Part shown: positions 17,257 to 26,267 of the stretch, one piece after another
How the letters are laid out: every line of letters starts with the position of its first letter
Numbering within the stretch: position 1 is the stretch's first letter
NCBI GenBank assembly: GCA_021794645.1
Contig: JAJYQK010000038.1
Location: 1-37,860, forward strand
Direction: 5' to 3'
Source: Actinomycetes bacterium
GTDB taxonomy: Bacteria > Actinomycetota > Acidimicrobiia > Acidimicrobiales > Bog-793
DNA length: 37,860 nucleotides
Notes under the pieces: generated by a model
What the model was told of the DNA's origin: nothing
The model's database searches: none
The model's input: only the letters and a program-made list of their open reading frames with translations
Position numbers and translations under genes: made by a program

Positions 17257-17778
17257 ATGGGAGGGGCGCCCTTTGCGACGGGCGAGTCCGCTGTCGCCGT
17301 GCCGGTGTCGGCCGCCGAGCCGCTCGTCTCCTCCTACAGGGCCCGCCTCGACAGCTCGGCTGCCTACGGCATCCCGGCCCACGTCACGGTGCTCTACCCG
17401 TTCCTCCCCGCCCCTCTCCTCACCAGCGCCGTGCTCGACCAGGTGCGAGGCGAGCTCGGATGCGTGCCCCCGCTCGAGGTCGCCTTCCAACGGCTCGGCC
17501 GCCTCGGCCGGGTGCTCTACCTCGCCCCCGAGCCGGCCGAGCCCTTCGAGCAGCTCACCGCCCGCTTTGCTCGGCGCTGGCCGGAAGCCCCGCCCTACGG
17601 CGGCGTGCACGAGAAGGTCATCGCCCACCTCACGGTCGCCGGCAGCGGCAGCGACGGGCTGCTCGAGAGCATCGCCGGCGAGCTAGCCACGAGGCTGCCC
17701 CTTCGCACCACCCTCGATGAAGCCGCCCTCTACCTCTTGGCGGCCGGCGCTGGCAGGTGCGCCGGCGCTTCCGCCTAG
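17257..17778 (+). CDS. 2H phosphoesterase (2'-5' RNA ligase family), probably frameshifted near its 3' end (true end ~17804)
   Basis: Two HxT motifs (PAHVTVLYPF, AHLTVA), plus VLYLAPEP and PPYGG. The canonical W...F.L tail lies in the -1 frame. Confidence 0.85.
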   Translation: MGGAPFATGESAVAVPVSAAEPLVSSYRARLDSSAAYGIPAHVTVLYPFLPAPLLTSAVLDQVRGELGCVPPLEVAFQRLGRLGRVLYLAPEPAEPFEQLTARFARRWPEAPPYGGVHEKVIAHLTVAGSGSDGLLESIAGELATRLPLRTTLDEAALYLLAAGAGRCAGASA

Positions 17779-17817
17779 CCGGCTCTCGCCCGAACGCCGT
17801 TTAGGCGCCGGGGCGGG

Positions 17818-18195
17818 TCACTCGCTGATGGCGCGGTAGCCGGCCGCGTCGAGCAGACCGGCGAGCGGCTCCTCACCCTCGGGCTCGATGACAGCCAGCC
17901 ACCCCCCGCCGTAGGGCTCGGAGTTCACCATCTCGGGAGCATCGGCGAGGGCGGAGTTCACCTCGACGACCGTGCCGGCGACAGGAGCGTAGATCTGCGA
18001 GACGGACTTGGTCGACTCGATCTCGCCGAGCGGGCCGCCTTGGCTCACCTTCTGGCCGGCCTCAGGCAGCTCGACGAAGACGATGTCGCCGAGGGCGTCC
18101 TGGGCGAAGTCGGTGATGCCGACGCGCACCTTGCCCTCCTCGGCCATGGCCCACTCGTGGTCCTTGGTGTAGCTGCGGTCCTCGGGGACTTCCAT
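17818..18195 (-). CDS. gcvH: Glycine cleavage H protein
   Basis: YTKDHEW, GITDFAQDALGDIVFV, lipoyl motif IESTKSVS and NSEPYGGGWL. Strong SD AAGGAGGAGG. Confidence 0.97.
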   Translation of the reverse strand: MEVPEDRSYTKDHEWAMAEEGKVRVGITDFAQDALGDIVFVELPEAGQKVSQGGPLGEIESTKSVSQIYAPVAGTVVEVNSALADAPEMVNSEPYGGGWLAVIEPEGEEPLAGLLDAAGYRAISE

Positions 18196-18232
18196 CTCTC
18201 CTCCTCCTTGGCGGCTGAAGCCTCGCCCGTTC

Positions 18233-20728
18233 TCAGGCGGTCGTCTCAGAGATGATCCAGGAGATCTGGTCTGCCATCTCCTGAGCCCGGGCGACGGCCC
18301 TCTCCTGGGTGGGCGCCTCGGCGGTGACGAGGGTAGCGGGCCCCTCGGTGTCGGGCACGACGAGGGTCCAACCCTCGTCGTCTGTCACCTTCACCCCGTC
18401 GACGAGGGTCACGCGCCCGCCGTGGGTCCGCTCGAGCAGCAGGCGCATCACGAGACCCTTGGCCTCGAAGGGCGTGGGCACCTCGAGGCGGTAGACCTGC
18501 GGCGGTTCGGCCGGGCGCGCCTCTGAGAGGCGGCTGCCGCTTCCGGCCAGGAGTGAGAGCAGATGGACGAAGGCGGCGACGGCGTCGAGGGCCGGCAAAA
18601 AGCGGGGGAAGATGAACCCCCCCTGGGTGTTGCCGGCGAAGTCGATCCCCTCCTGGCCGGCGACGGCCATCAGGTCGGAGGTGGCGAGCTTGGTCCAGAC
18701 GACCTCGGCCCCGGCCGCCTCGACGGTCTTCTCGACGAGACGAGGAGCATCGACTGGCACGGCGATGGCGCCCTTCTTTCCGACCGCCACGACCAGCTGG
18801 ACGAGGGCGGCGAGGGCCTCGAGATCAGAGAGCACCTGGCCGGTGTCGTCCACGAGGGTGAGCTGCTCGCCGTCTGGCTCGAAGAGCGCACCGAGGTGGG
18901 CACCCGAGGAGCGCACCAGCTCGCCGAGGCGGGCGGCGTGGATGTCGCGGTCGAAGCTCAGCACGCCTGGCGTCGAGACGTGCGGGTTCGTCACAAGGAC
19001 ATCGCTCCCGAGCTTGGCGAGCACGTTCGGCATGACAAAGCTCGTCGTGCCGAAGGCGTAGTCGAGCACGAGCTTGAACGACGAGCGGCGGATGGCCTCG
19101 AGATCGACCCCCGAGGTCAGCTCGGCGGTGTACATCTCGATCGTGCGGGAGGGGAAGTAGATGTCGCCGATCTCGGGCGCCAGCACCCGGCGGGCCTCCT
19201 CCCGGTCGTGCAGCCGCTCCACCTTGCGCTGGGTGGCCTCGTCAAGATCGACGCCCTCGGCGTCGATGAAGCGGAGGCTGACCGACTGCGGGTCCCCCGA
19301 GACCAGTCGCACCGTCACCCCACCGCTCACGGCCGCCGCCCGGGCGTGGAAGCGGGTCACCGGCACGGTCGCCGCCTCGAGGTCGTCGACGTTGCAGCCC
19401 GCCGCCGTCAAGCCGACCATGACAGCCCGCTTCAGCACCCGGGCCGCCCGGGAGGAGTCCCGCGAGGTGGTGACCGTCGTCCCTTTCGGCAAGGTGGTGG
19501 CATAGGCCATGGCCACCCGCACGGCCAGCTCGGGCGAGAGGTCGACGTTGGCGAGGCCGGAGAGGCCGTTCCGCCCGAAAAGCCCCCGCGTCCCCCGCGT
19601 CTCCCAGACGATGGAGGAGTTGACGATGGCACCCTGCTCGATCGTCTTGTTCGGGTAGACCTTCACGCCCGGGCCGATGAAAGAGTGCCGCCCGACCCGG
19701 CAGCCGTCGCCGAGGACGGCCCCATCCTCGATGTGGACGCCCTGGCGGATGTCGCAGTTGCGGGCGATGACGGTGCCCCGGGCCGTCACCCCAGGGGCGA
19801 GGTAGCTGTTGTCGTGGACCACCGTCCGCTCGAGCACGGCGTTCTCGCCCACCCGGACGTTCGCCCCGAGGACGGTGTGGGCGCCGAGCTCGACGCCGGC
19901 CGCGATCCGGCAGTTGCCCCCGATGACCGCCGGTCCCTTCACGACGGCGCTCGGGTGGATCTCCGCCCCCTCGCCCACGAAGACGCCGGCCCGCAGCGGG
20001 AAGCCGGGCACCGCCACGTCCACCTTCTCGTCCAAGACGTCGGTGTGGGCCCGCAGGTAGGCCTCGAGGGTCCCCACGTCCTCCCAGTAGCCGCCGGCCA
20101 CGAAGCCGTAGAGAGGCCGGCCGGCCTCGAGCATGGCCGGGAAGACCTCGCCCGAGAAGTCGACCGAGCGCCCCTCGGCGATCCAGTCGAGCACCTCCGG
20201 CTCGAGCACGTAGATGCCGGTGTTGATGGTGTCGGAGAAGACGTCCCCCCAGCCCGGCTTCTCCAAGAAGCGCTCCACGCGCCCGTCCTCGCCCGTGATC
20301 ACGATGCCGAACTCGAGCGGGTTCTCCATCGCCTTGAGGGCGAGGGTGGCGACGGCCTCTTTCCCCTCGTGGAAGGCGACGAGCTCGGTCAGGTCGATGT
20401 CGGTGAGGACGTCGCCAGAGATGACGAGGAACCGCTCGTCCAGCTCGGCGCGGGCGTTGAGGACCGAGCCGGCCGTGCCGAGCGGCGTCTCCTCGGTGGC
20501 GTAGTGGAACTTGACGCCGAACTCCGAGCCGTCCCCAAAGTAGGTCCGGATCGTGTTGGCGAGGAAGGCGACCGTGACGACGATCTCGTCGAAGCCGTGC
20601 TTCTTCAACAGCTCGACGACATGCTCTGCCATCGGCTTGTTGGCCATCGGGAGCATCGGCTTTGGCTGGTTGGCGGTGAGAGGCCGAAGCCGAGTCCCCT
20701 CGCCCCCGGCCATTATGACGGCCTTCAC
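18233..20728 (-). CDS. Mannose-1-phosphate guanylyltransferase / phosphomannomutase-like fusion
   Basis: MAGGEGTRLRPLT...PKP, EETPLGTAG, FLEKP, YWEDVG, hexapeptide LbH repeats, and a C-terminal phosphohexomutase fold (LFGRNG, DGVKV). Confidence 0.93.
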   Translation of the reverse strand: MKAVIMAGGEGTRLRPLTANQPKPMLPMANKPMAEHVVELLKKHGFDEIVVTVAFLANTIRTYFGDGSEFGVKFHYATEETPLGTAGSVLNARAELDERFLVISGDVLTDIDLTELVAFHEGKEAVATLALKAMENPLEFGIVITGEDGRVERFLEKPGWGDVFSDTINTGIYVLEPEVLDWIAEGRSVDFSGEVFPAMLEAGRPLYGFVAGGYWEDVGTLEAYLRAHTDVLDEKVDVAVPGFPLRAGVFVGEGAEIHPSAVVKGPAVIGGNCRIAAGVELGAHTVLGANVRVGENAVLERTVVHDNSYLAPGVTARGTVIARNCDIRQGVHIEDGAVLGDGCRVGRHSFIGPGVKVYPNKTIEQGAIVNSSIVWETRGTRGLFGRNGLSGLANVDLSPELAVRVAMAYATTLPKGTTVTTSRDSSRAARVLKRAVMVGLTAAGCNVDDLEAATVPVTRFHARAAAVSGGVTVRLVSGDPQSVSLRFIDAEGVDLDEATQRKVERLHDREEARRVLAPEIGDIYFPSRTIEMYTAELTSGVDLEAIRRSSFKLVLDYAFGTTSFVMPNVLAKLGSDVLVTNPHVSTPGVLSFDRDIHAARLGELVRSSGAHLGALFEPDGEQLTLVDDTGQVLSDLEALAALVQLVVAVGKKGAIAVPVDAPRLVEKTVEAAGAEVVWTKLATSDLMAVAGQEGIDFAGNTQGGFIFPRFLPALDAVAAFVHLLSLLAGSGSRLSEARPAEPPQVYRLEVPTPFEAKGLVMRLLLERTHGGRVTLVDGVKVTDDEGWTLVVPDTEGPATLVTAEAPTQERAVARAQEMADQISWIISETTA

Positions 20729-21393
20729 GGGACGCTGACCCTATTGGGCTCGAGGGACTCCCCGGTCGGCCTCGCCCGGGCGGCGAGCGCCCGGCGAGCG
20801 CCCGGCAGGTAGGAGACAGCGGCGTAGAGGCTGAGCGCCATGGCGGGTACGAACAGGACCCAGGTGGCGTCGCGGAGCGCCACCGCCCAGGCGGCCCGGG
20901 AGTCGGAGAGCAGGAAGAGCGGGAAGCAGCAGAGCAGCCCGAAGGTGCCTGCCTTGCCCACCCAGAGGACGTCGATGCGAGGGGCGCGCAGGGCCGCCAA
21001 CGCCAGCACGGCGAGCGAGACGAGCGCCTCCCGGCCGAGGACGAGGGCGGCCAGCCAGGCCGGGACTGCGCCGTAGACGGCGATGGCGACGACACCGGTG
21101 GCGAGCACGATCCGGTCAGCCGTCGGGTCGAGCACCTTGCCGAGCGTGCTCACCTGGTTGAAGCGCCGGGCGACGTAGCCGTCGACGAAGTCGGTGATGC
21201 CGGCCAGAGCGAGAAGACAGGTGGCGAGGATGCGGTCGTCGGGACCGAACAGGAGCCAGGCGAAGAGGGCGACCAGGCCGAGCCGGGCGACCGAGAGGAG
21301 GTTCGGGACGGTGAGGACCCGGTCGAGGCCGTCCCGGGCGGCGGCACCCTCCGAAGGGGCCGGCTCGCGGCCTGTTCCGCCCTCCTCTCGCAC
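20725..21393 (-). CDS. CDP-alcohol phosphatidyltransferase (PgsA2 / eukaryote-type cardiolipin synthase position)
   Basis: TVPNLLSVARL and signature DFVDGYVARRFNQVSTLGKVLDPTADR. Syntenic with Rv1822/SCO1389. Confidence 0.92.
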   Translation of the reverse strand: MREEGGTGREPAPSEGAAARDGLDRVLTVPNLLSVARLGLVALFAWLLFGPDDRILATCLLALAGITDFVDGYVARRFNQVSTLGKVLDPTADRIVLATGVVAIAVYGAVPAWLAALVLGREALVSLAVLALAALRAPRIDVLWVGKAGTFGLLCCFPLFLLSDSRAAWAVALRDATWVLFVPAMALSLYAAVSYLPGARRALAARARPTGESLEPNRVSVP

Positions 21394-21480
21394 GTGGGCA
21401 GTCTAGGGGCCGAAGCGAGGGGAGCTCCTTTGGCCAGCTGTGCCGCCCGGCTCAGACTTACGCCCGAGTCGCTTCGCCTG

Positions 21481-21942
21481 CTAGAGGACGCCTGATTCGA
21501 GCCCGGCGACGAAGGCGCCGCCCAGCTCAGCTGCCGCCTGCCTGTCCGCCTCTGTCGTCTCGCCGACAACCTCGAGGACCGGCAGGACCCGGCGCCAGGC
21601 CATGCCGCTCACGATCCTCTCGACGCTTTGCACCGCCCCCGAGGTGTCCGTGTCGCCTTTCACGAACAATCCGTAAGCCAGGCGCAGCCGCGCCTCCAGA
21701 CAGGGGTAGTAGACCCGCTCGAGGAAGTCCTTCATGGCGCCGCTCATGTAGCCGAAGCGGGCCGGCGTCCCGAGCAGCACACCGTCGGCGCGGGAGAGCT
21801 CCGCCGGCCCGGCGTCGAAGCAGTCGAGGGCGAGCACCTCGGTCCCCTCCGAGGCGGCAGCCCGGCCGGCGCTGGCCACGATGGCGGCGAGCTCGGCCGT
21901 GTGGCCGGCCCGGGAATGGTAGACGACGAGGAACCTGATCAG
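21481..21942 (-). CDS. Flavodoxin family / NAD(P)H-dependent FMN reductase (start uncertain, probably CTG)
   Basis: Motifs LVVYHSRAGHT, ADGVLLGTPARFGYMSGAMKDF and AAAELG. Confidence 0.85.
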   Translation of the reverse strand: MIRFLVVYHSRAGHTAELAAIVASAGRAAASEGTEVLALDCFDAGPAELSRADGVLLGTPARFGYMSGAMKDFLERVYYPCLEARLRLAYGLFVKGDTDTSGAVQSVERIVSGMAWRRVLPVLEVVGETTEADRQAAAELGGAFVAGLESGVL

Positions 21943-22676
21943 GCGCCTCTCTTCGACGCCCGCTGGCGGGCCGCCTCGACGAGGCCGACGAACAAAGCCG
22001 GGTCCTCGCCGACCTCGGGGTGCCACTGCACCCCCACGAGGAAGGGGAGCGAGTCGTCCTCGAGTGCCTCGACGAGGCCGTCGGAGGCATGGGCGCTCGG
22101 CCGGAGGCCCTCCCCCACCCGGGCGATCCCCTGGTGGTGGTGGGTCGGTACCGGGCCCCTCTCCCAGGAGAGGAGAGAGGCGAGCTTCGAGCCGGCCGAG
22201 ATCGCCACCTCGTGGGCGCCGTAGCCGTCACGGATCGGCGAGTGCTCCCCATGACCGACGACGTCGGGCAGGTGCTGGATGAGGCTCCCGCCCCGGGCAA
22301 CGTTCAGGACCTGCAGACCCCGGCAGATGGCGAGGAGCGGCAGCTCGCTCTCGAGAGCGGCGCTCACGGCCGCCAGCTCGAGGTCGTCCCGCGCCCCGCT
22401 CGCCACCACGGTCTCTCGATGGGGCTCTTCCCCGTAGTAAGAGGGAGCGACGTCATTTCCGCCCGACACGATGAGGCCGTCGAGGCGGGCCAGCAGCTCG
22501 GCTGCCTCCTCGGCGCTGAGCGGCTGGGGCGGGAGCAGCACTGGGAGGCCGCCGGCGGACTCGACGGCCCGGACGTAGCTCGCCGGCAGGAGCGCAGCCG
22601 GCCGCTGCCAGGCGCCCCAGGAAGCCTCCTCCTCGGAGCAGGTGATGCCGATGACGGGTCGTCTGCTTGCCATCAC
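21939..22676 (-). CDS. puuD: Gamma-glutamyl-amide hydrolase (PuuD / peptidase C26)
   Basis: Motifs RPVIGIT, LDGLIVSGGND, AICRGLQVLNVA (catalytic Cys), HHHQG and GVQWHPE. Confidence 0.92.
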   Translation of the reverse strand: MMASRRPVIGITCSEEEASWGAWQRPAALLPASYVRAVESAGGLPVLLPPQPLSAEEAAELLARLDGLIVSGGNDVAPSYYGEEPHRETVVASGARDDLELAAVSAALESELPLLAICRGLQVLNVARGGSLIQHLPDVVGHGEHSPIRDGYGAHEVAISAGSKLASLLSWERGPVPTHHHQGIARVGEGLRPSAHASDGLVEALEDDSLPFLVGVQWHPEVGEDPALFVGLVEAARQRASKRGA

Positions 22677-23458
22677 TCCCCCTCGAGCGGCGTGACGTAG
22701 GCCGCGTGGATGCCGCCGTCGACGATGAAGCTCGACGCCGTGATGAAAGAGGCGTCGTCGGAGGCGAGGAAGGCGGCGGCCGCCGCGATCTCCTCCGGCT
22801 CACCGAAACGGCCCATCGGGACGTGCACGAGCCGCCGCGCCGCCCGTTCGGGGTCCTTGGCGAAGAGCTCCCGGAGGAGAGGGGTGTTGACCGGCCCCGG
22901 GCAGAGGGCGTTCACCCGCACCCCCTTGCGGGCGAACTGGACACCGAGCTCGCGCGACATGGCGAGGACGCCGCCCTTGGAGGCCGTGTAGGAGATCTGC
23001 GAGGTGGCCGCCCCGAGGATGGCGACGAACGAGGCGGTGTTGATGACGCTGCCGCCACCGTGCTCCAGCAGGCGAGCGATGCCTGCCCGGCAGCAGAGGT
23101 AGACGCTCGTCAGGTTGACCTGCTGCACCCTCTCCCAGGCCGCCAGCTCTGTCGTGAGGATCGAGTCGTCCTCGGGCGGCGAGATGCCGGCGTTGTTGAA
23201 ACAGACGTCGAGGCCCCCGAAGGCCGAGATGGCGGCGTCGTACATCTGCTCTACCTCGGCGGCGTTGGTGACATCAGCTCGCACGAAGATCCCGTCCACC
23301 TCGGCGGCGAGGGCTTTCCCCTTCTCCTCGTCGAGGTCTACGACGGCCACCTTGGCCCCTTCGGCAGCGAAGCGCTCGACCGAGGCGCGGCCGATGCCGC
23401 TTGCTCCCCCGGTGATGACGGCCACCTTGCCCTCGAGACGTCCCATCTTGTTTCTCAC
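22673..23458 (-). CDS. Short-chain dehydrogenase (Rv2857c/SCO1611-like)
   Basis: Motifs TGGASGIG, NNAG, YTASKGG and ALCPGPVNTPLL. Confidence 0.92.
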   Translation of the reverse strand: MRNKMGRLEGKVAVITGGASGIGRASVERFAAEGAKVAVVDLDEEKGKALAAEVDGIFVRADVTNAAEVEQMYDAAISAFGGLDVCFNNAGISPPEDDSILTTELAAWERVQQVNLTSVYLCCRAGIARLLEHGGGSVINTASFVAILGAATSQISYTASKGGVLAMSRELGVQFARKGVRVNALCPGPVNTPLLRELFAKDPERAARRLVHVPMGRFGEPEEIAAAAAFLASDDASFITASSFIVDGGIHAAYVTPLEGE

Positions 23459-24816
23459 TCTCCTGTTCTTATGAAGACGTTCTTCAGCTCGCTGAAGTGC
23501 TCGAGGGCATCTGGCCCGAGCTCTCTTCCGAGCCCCGACTGCTTGAAGCCACCAAAGGGGGTCCAGTAACGGACCGACGAGTGCGAGTTGACCGAGAGAG
23601 TCCCCGTCTCGATCGCCCGCGCCACCCGGAAGGCCCGCCCGAGGTCGCGTGTCCAGATCGAGCCAGAGAGGCCGTAAGGCGTGTCATTGGCGATGGCGAT
23701 CGCCTCAGCCTCATCGGAAAAGGGGATGACCGAGAGCACCGGCCCGAAGATCTCCTCCTGGCAGGCCCGCTCGCCCGGGCCGATCGGGGCCAGCACCGTC
23801 GGTGGGAACCAGAAGCCCTTTCCCTCCGGGGCGCTCCCCTGGAAAGCCACGGGCGCCTCCGGCCCGATGTAGGAGGCCACCTGCCGGCGCTGCTCGTCTG
23901 AGATGAGCGGCCCCATCTGGGAGCTCTCGGCGGCGGGGTCTCCCACCTTGAAGCTCTTCACGGCCGGCTCGAGCAGTGAGAGGAAGCGCTCGTAGACCGA
24001 GGCCTCGACGAGCAGGCGGGAGCGGGCGCAGCAGTCCTGCCCGGCGTTGTCGAAGACGGAGCCGGGCGCCGAGGCGGCCGCCTCTTCGAGGTCGGCGTCG
24101 GCGAAGACGACGTTGGCGCTCTTGCCCCCGAGCTCGAGGGTCACCCGCTTCACCTGCTCGGCACAGCCGGCCATGATCTTCTTGCCGACCTCGGTCGAGC
24201 CGGTGAAACAGACCTTGCGGACCTTCTCGTGGGTGACAAAGCGCCAGCCGACGACGCTCCCTTTGCCTGGCAGCACTTGAAAGACGTCTTTCGGGATGCC
24301 GGCCTCGTGGCAGAGCTCTGCGATCCGCATGGCCGTGAGCGGTGTCAGCTCCGCCGGTTTCAGCACCACGGCGTTGCCGGCGGCCAGTGCCGGGGCGAAG
24401 CCCCAGGAGGCGATCGGCATTGGGAAGTTCCAGGGGACGATGATCCCGACCACACCTAAAGGCTCGAGAAAGGTGATGTCAACGCCGCCCGGGACCGGGA
24501 TCTGACGCCCGAAGTGCCGCTCGGGGGCCCCGGCGTAATAGCTGAGGACATCCCGGACGTTGCCGGCCTCCCAGCGGGCGTTCGTGATCGTGTGTCCGGC
24601 GTTCCGCACTTCCAACCGGGCGAGCTCCTCGTTGGCGGCATCGATCGCCTCGGCCGCCCGGCGTAGCAGGCGGGCGCGGTCGGCCGGAGCGACCGCCGCC
24701 CAGGCTGGCTGGGCCGCCGCCGCCGCCTCGATAGCGGCATCGGCGGCGGCGAGGTCGAGCTCTTCGATGGTGGCGACGACGCTCTCGTCGACGGGGCTGA
24801 CTACTTGGTGGCTCAC
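23455..24816 (-). CDS. Aldehyde dehydrogenase (AldC/SCO1612-like)
   Basis: Motifs IVPWNFP, KPAELTP, FTGSTEVG, LELGGKS, AGQDCCA, EEIFGPV and PFGGFKQSG. Confidence 0.95.
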   Translation of the reverse strand: MSHQVVSPVDESVVATIEELDLAAADAAIEAAAAAQPAWAAVAPADRARLLRRAAEAIDAANEELARLEVRNAGHTITNARWEAGNVRDVLSYYAGAPERHFGRQIPVPGGVDITFLEPLGVVGIIVPWNFPMPIASWGFAPALAAGNAVVLKPAELTPLTAMRIAELCHEAGIPKDVFQVLPGKGSVVGWRFVTHEKVRKVCFTGSTEVGKKIMAGCAEQVKRVTLELGGKSANVVFADADLEEAAASAPGSVFDNAGQDCCARSRLLVEASVYERFLSLLEPAVKSFKVGDPAAESSQMGPLISDEQRRQVASYIGPEAPVAFQGSAPEGKGFWFPPTVLAPIGPGERACQEEIFGPVLSVIPFSDEAEAIAIANDTPYGLSGSIWTRDLGRAFRVARAIETGTLSVNSHSSVRYWTPFGGFKQSGLGRELGPDALEHFSELKNVFIRTGE

Positions 24817-24861
24817 CCTGCTAGTTGTACCTGACGGGCGGCTCTGGCGGAGACAGCGCTA

Positions 24862-26226
24862 CTAGAAGCGCTCGAAACACCTCACCCGCTCCCAGTCGGT
24901 GACGGCCCGGCCGAAGGTGTCGAGCTCGATGCGGGCCATGTTGAGGTAGTGCTCGACCACCTCGTCACCAAAGGCGGCACGGGCGATGGCGCTGTTTTCG
25001 AAGAGCTCGGCCGCCTGGGCGAGGCTGGCGGGGATCCGCTCGAGCTCGGCCGTGTAGGCGTTCCCCTCGAACACCGGCGGCATCGCAAGCTCGCTCTCGA
25101 TGCCGTGCAGGCCGCCGGCGACGAGGGCTGCGATCGCCAGGTAGGGGTTGACGTCGCCGCCCGGGACTCGGCACTCGATCCGGAGCGAGGGTCCGTGGCC
25201 GACCAGGCGGAAGGCACAGGTGCGATTGTCCACCCCCCAGGCGATCGCCGTCGGGGCGAAGGAGCCCGGAGCAAAGCGCTTGTAGCTGTTGATGTTCGGT
25301 GCCAGAAGGAGCGTCAGCTCCGGCAGCGAGGCCACAAGGCCGCCGAGGAAGGAGCCGAAGAGGGGCGAGGTGCCATAGGGCCCGTCGCCGGCGAAGACCA
25401 AAGTGCCGTCCTCGGCCCGAAGCGAGATGTGGATGTGGCAGCTGTTGCCCTCTCTCTCGTCGAACTTGGCCATGAAGGTGAGCGAGCAGCCCTCCTGGGC
25501 GGCGATCTCCTTGGCACCCGTCTTGTAGAGGACGTGCTCGTCTGCCTTCTCGACGATCGGGCCGAAACGGAAGGCCACCTCGTGCTGGCCGAGGTTGCAC
25601 TCCCCCTTCACCGACTCGACCACCATGCCCGCCCCCGCCATCTCCCGCCGGATGCGGCCCAGCAGGGGCTCGAGGCGGGCGGTGCCGAGGATGGAGTAGT
25701 CGACGTTGTACTGGTTGCCGGGCACGAGCCCCCGGTAGCCCTTTTCGAAGGCCTCCTCGTAGCTGTCCTTGAAGACGATGAACTCGAGCTCGGTGCCGGC
25801 CAGGCCGACGAGGCCACGCTCGAGGAGCCGGGCCGCCTGGCGCGAGAGGATCCGCCGGGGCGAGGGCTCGACGGGGCGGCCGTCGTTCCAAGAGAGGTCG
25901 GCCTGGCAGAGCACCGTCTTTTCCTGCCAGGGCAGCAGCCGGAAGCTGCTGAGGTCGGGCGTCAGCACGAAGTCGCCGTAGCCTGTCTCCCAAGAGGACA
26001 TTGAGTAACCGCCGACTGTGTTCATGTCGACGTCCACCGCCAGCAGGTAGCTGCAGGCCTCGGTGGCGTGAGGGACGATCTCGTCGAGGAAGAAGGCGGC
26101 GTCGCAGCGCTTGCCCTGCAGCCGGCCCTGCATGTCGGTCATGGCGACGACGACCGTGTCGATGCTGCCCTCCGTTACTGCCTGGCGCAGCTGCTCGAGC
26201 CGCGGCCGTCCCCGCGTCGTGTTCAC
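24862..26226 (-). CDS. glnA4: Glutamine synthetase-like gamma-glutamyl-amine ligase, GlnA4-type
   Basis: Motifs DMQGRLQGKR, CSYLLAVD, SWETGYGD, GTELEF, KGECNLGQHE, GNSCHIH, NINSYKRF and DNRT. SD GAGGAG before GTG 26226. Neighbours match the Rv2860c-2857c cluster. Confidence 0.88.
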   Translation of the reverse strand: MNTTRGRPRLEQLRQAVTEGSIDTVVVAMTDMQGRLQGKRCDAAFFLDEIVPHATEACSYLLAVDVDMNTVGGYSMSSWETGYGDFVLTPDLSSFRLLPWQEKTVLCQADLSWNDGRPVEPSPRRILSRQAARLLERGLVGLAGTELEFIVFKDSYEEAFEKGYRGLVPGNQYNVDYSILGTARLEPLLGRIRREMAGAGMVVESVKGECNLGQHEVAFRFGPIVEKADEHVLYKTGAKEIAAQEGCSLTFMAKFDEREGNSCHIHISLRAEDGTLVFAGDGPYGTSPLFGSFLGGLVASLPELTLLLAPNINSYKRFAPGSFAPTAIAWGVDNRTCAFRLVGHGPSLRIECRVPGGDVNPYLAIAALVAGGLHGIESELAMPPVFEGNAYTAELERIPASLAQAAELFENSAIARAAFGDEVVEHYLNMARIELDTFGRAVTDWERVRCFERF

Positions 26227-26267
26227 CTTTGCTCCTCGCCCAGCTCCACCTGCTCCCCCGATCTGGC

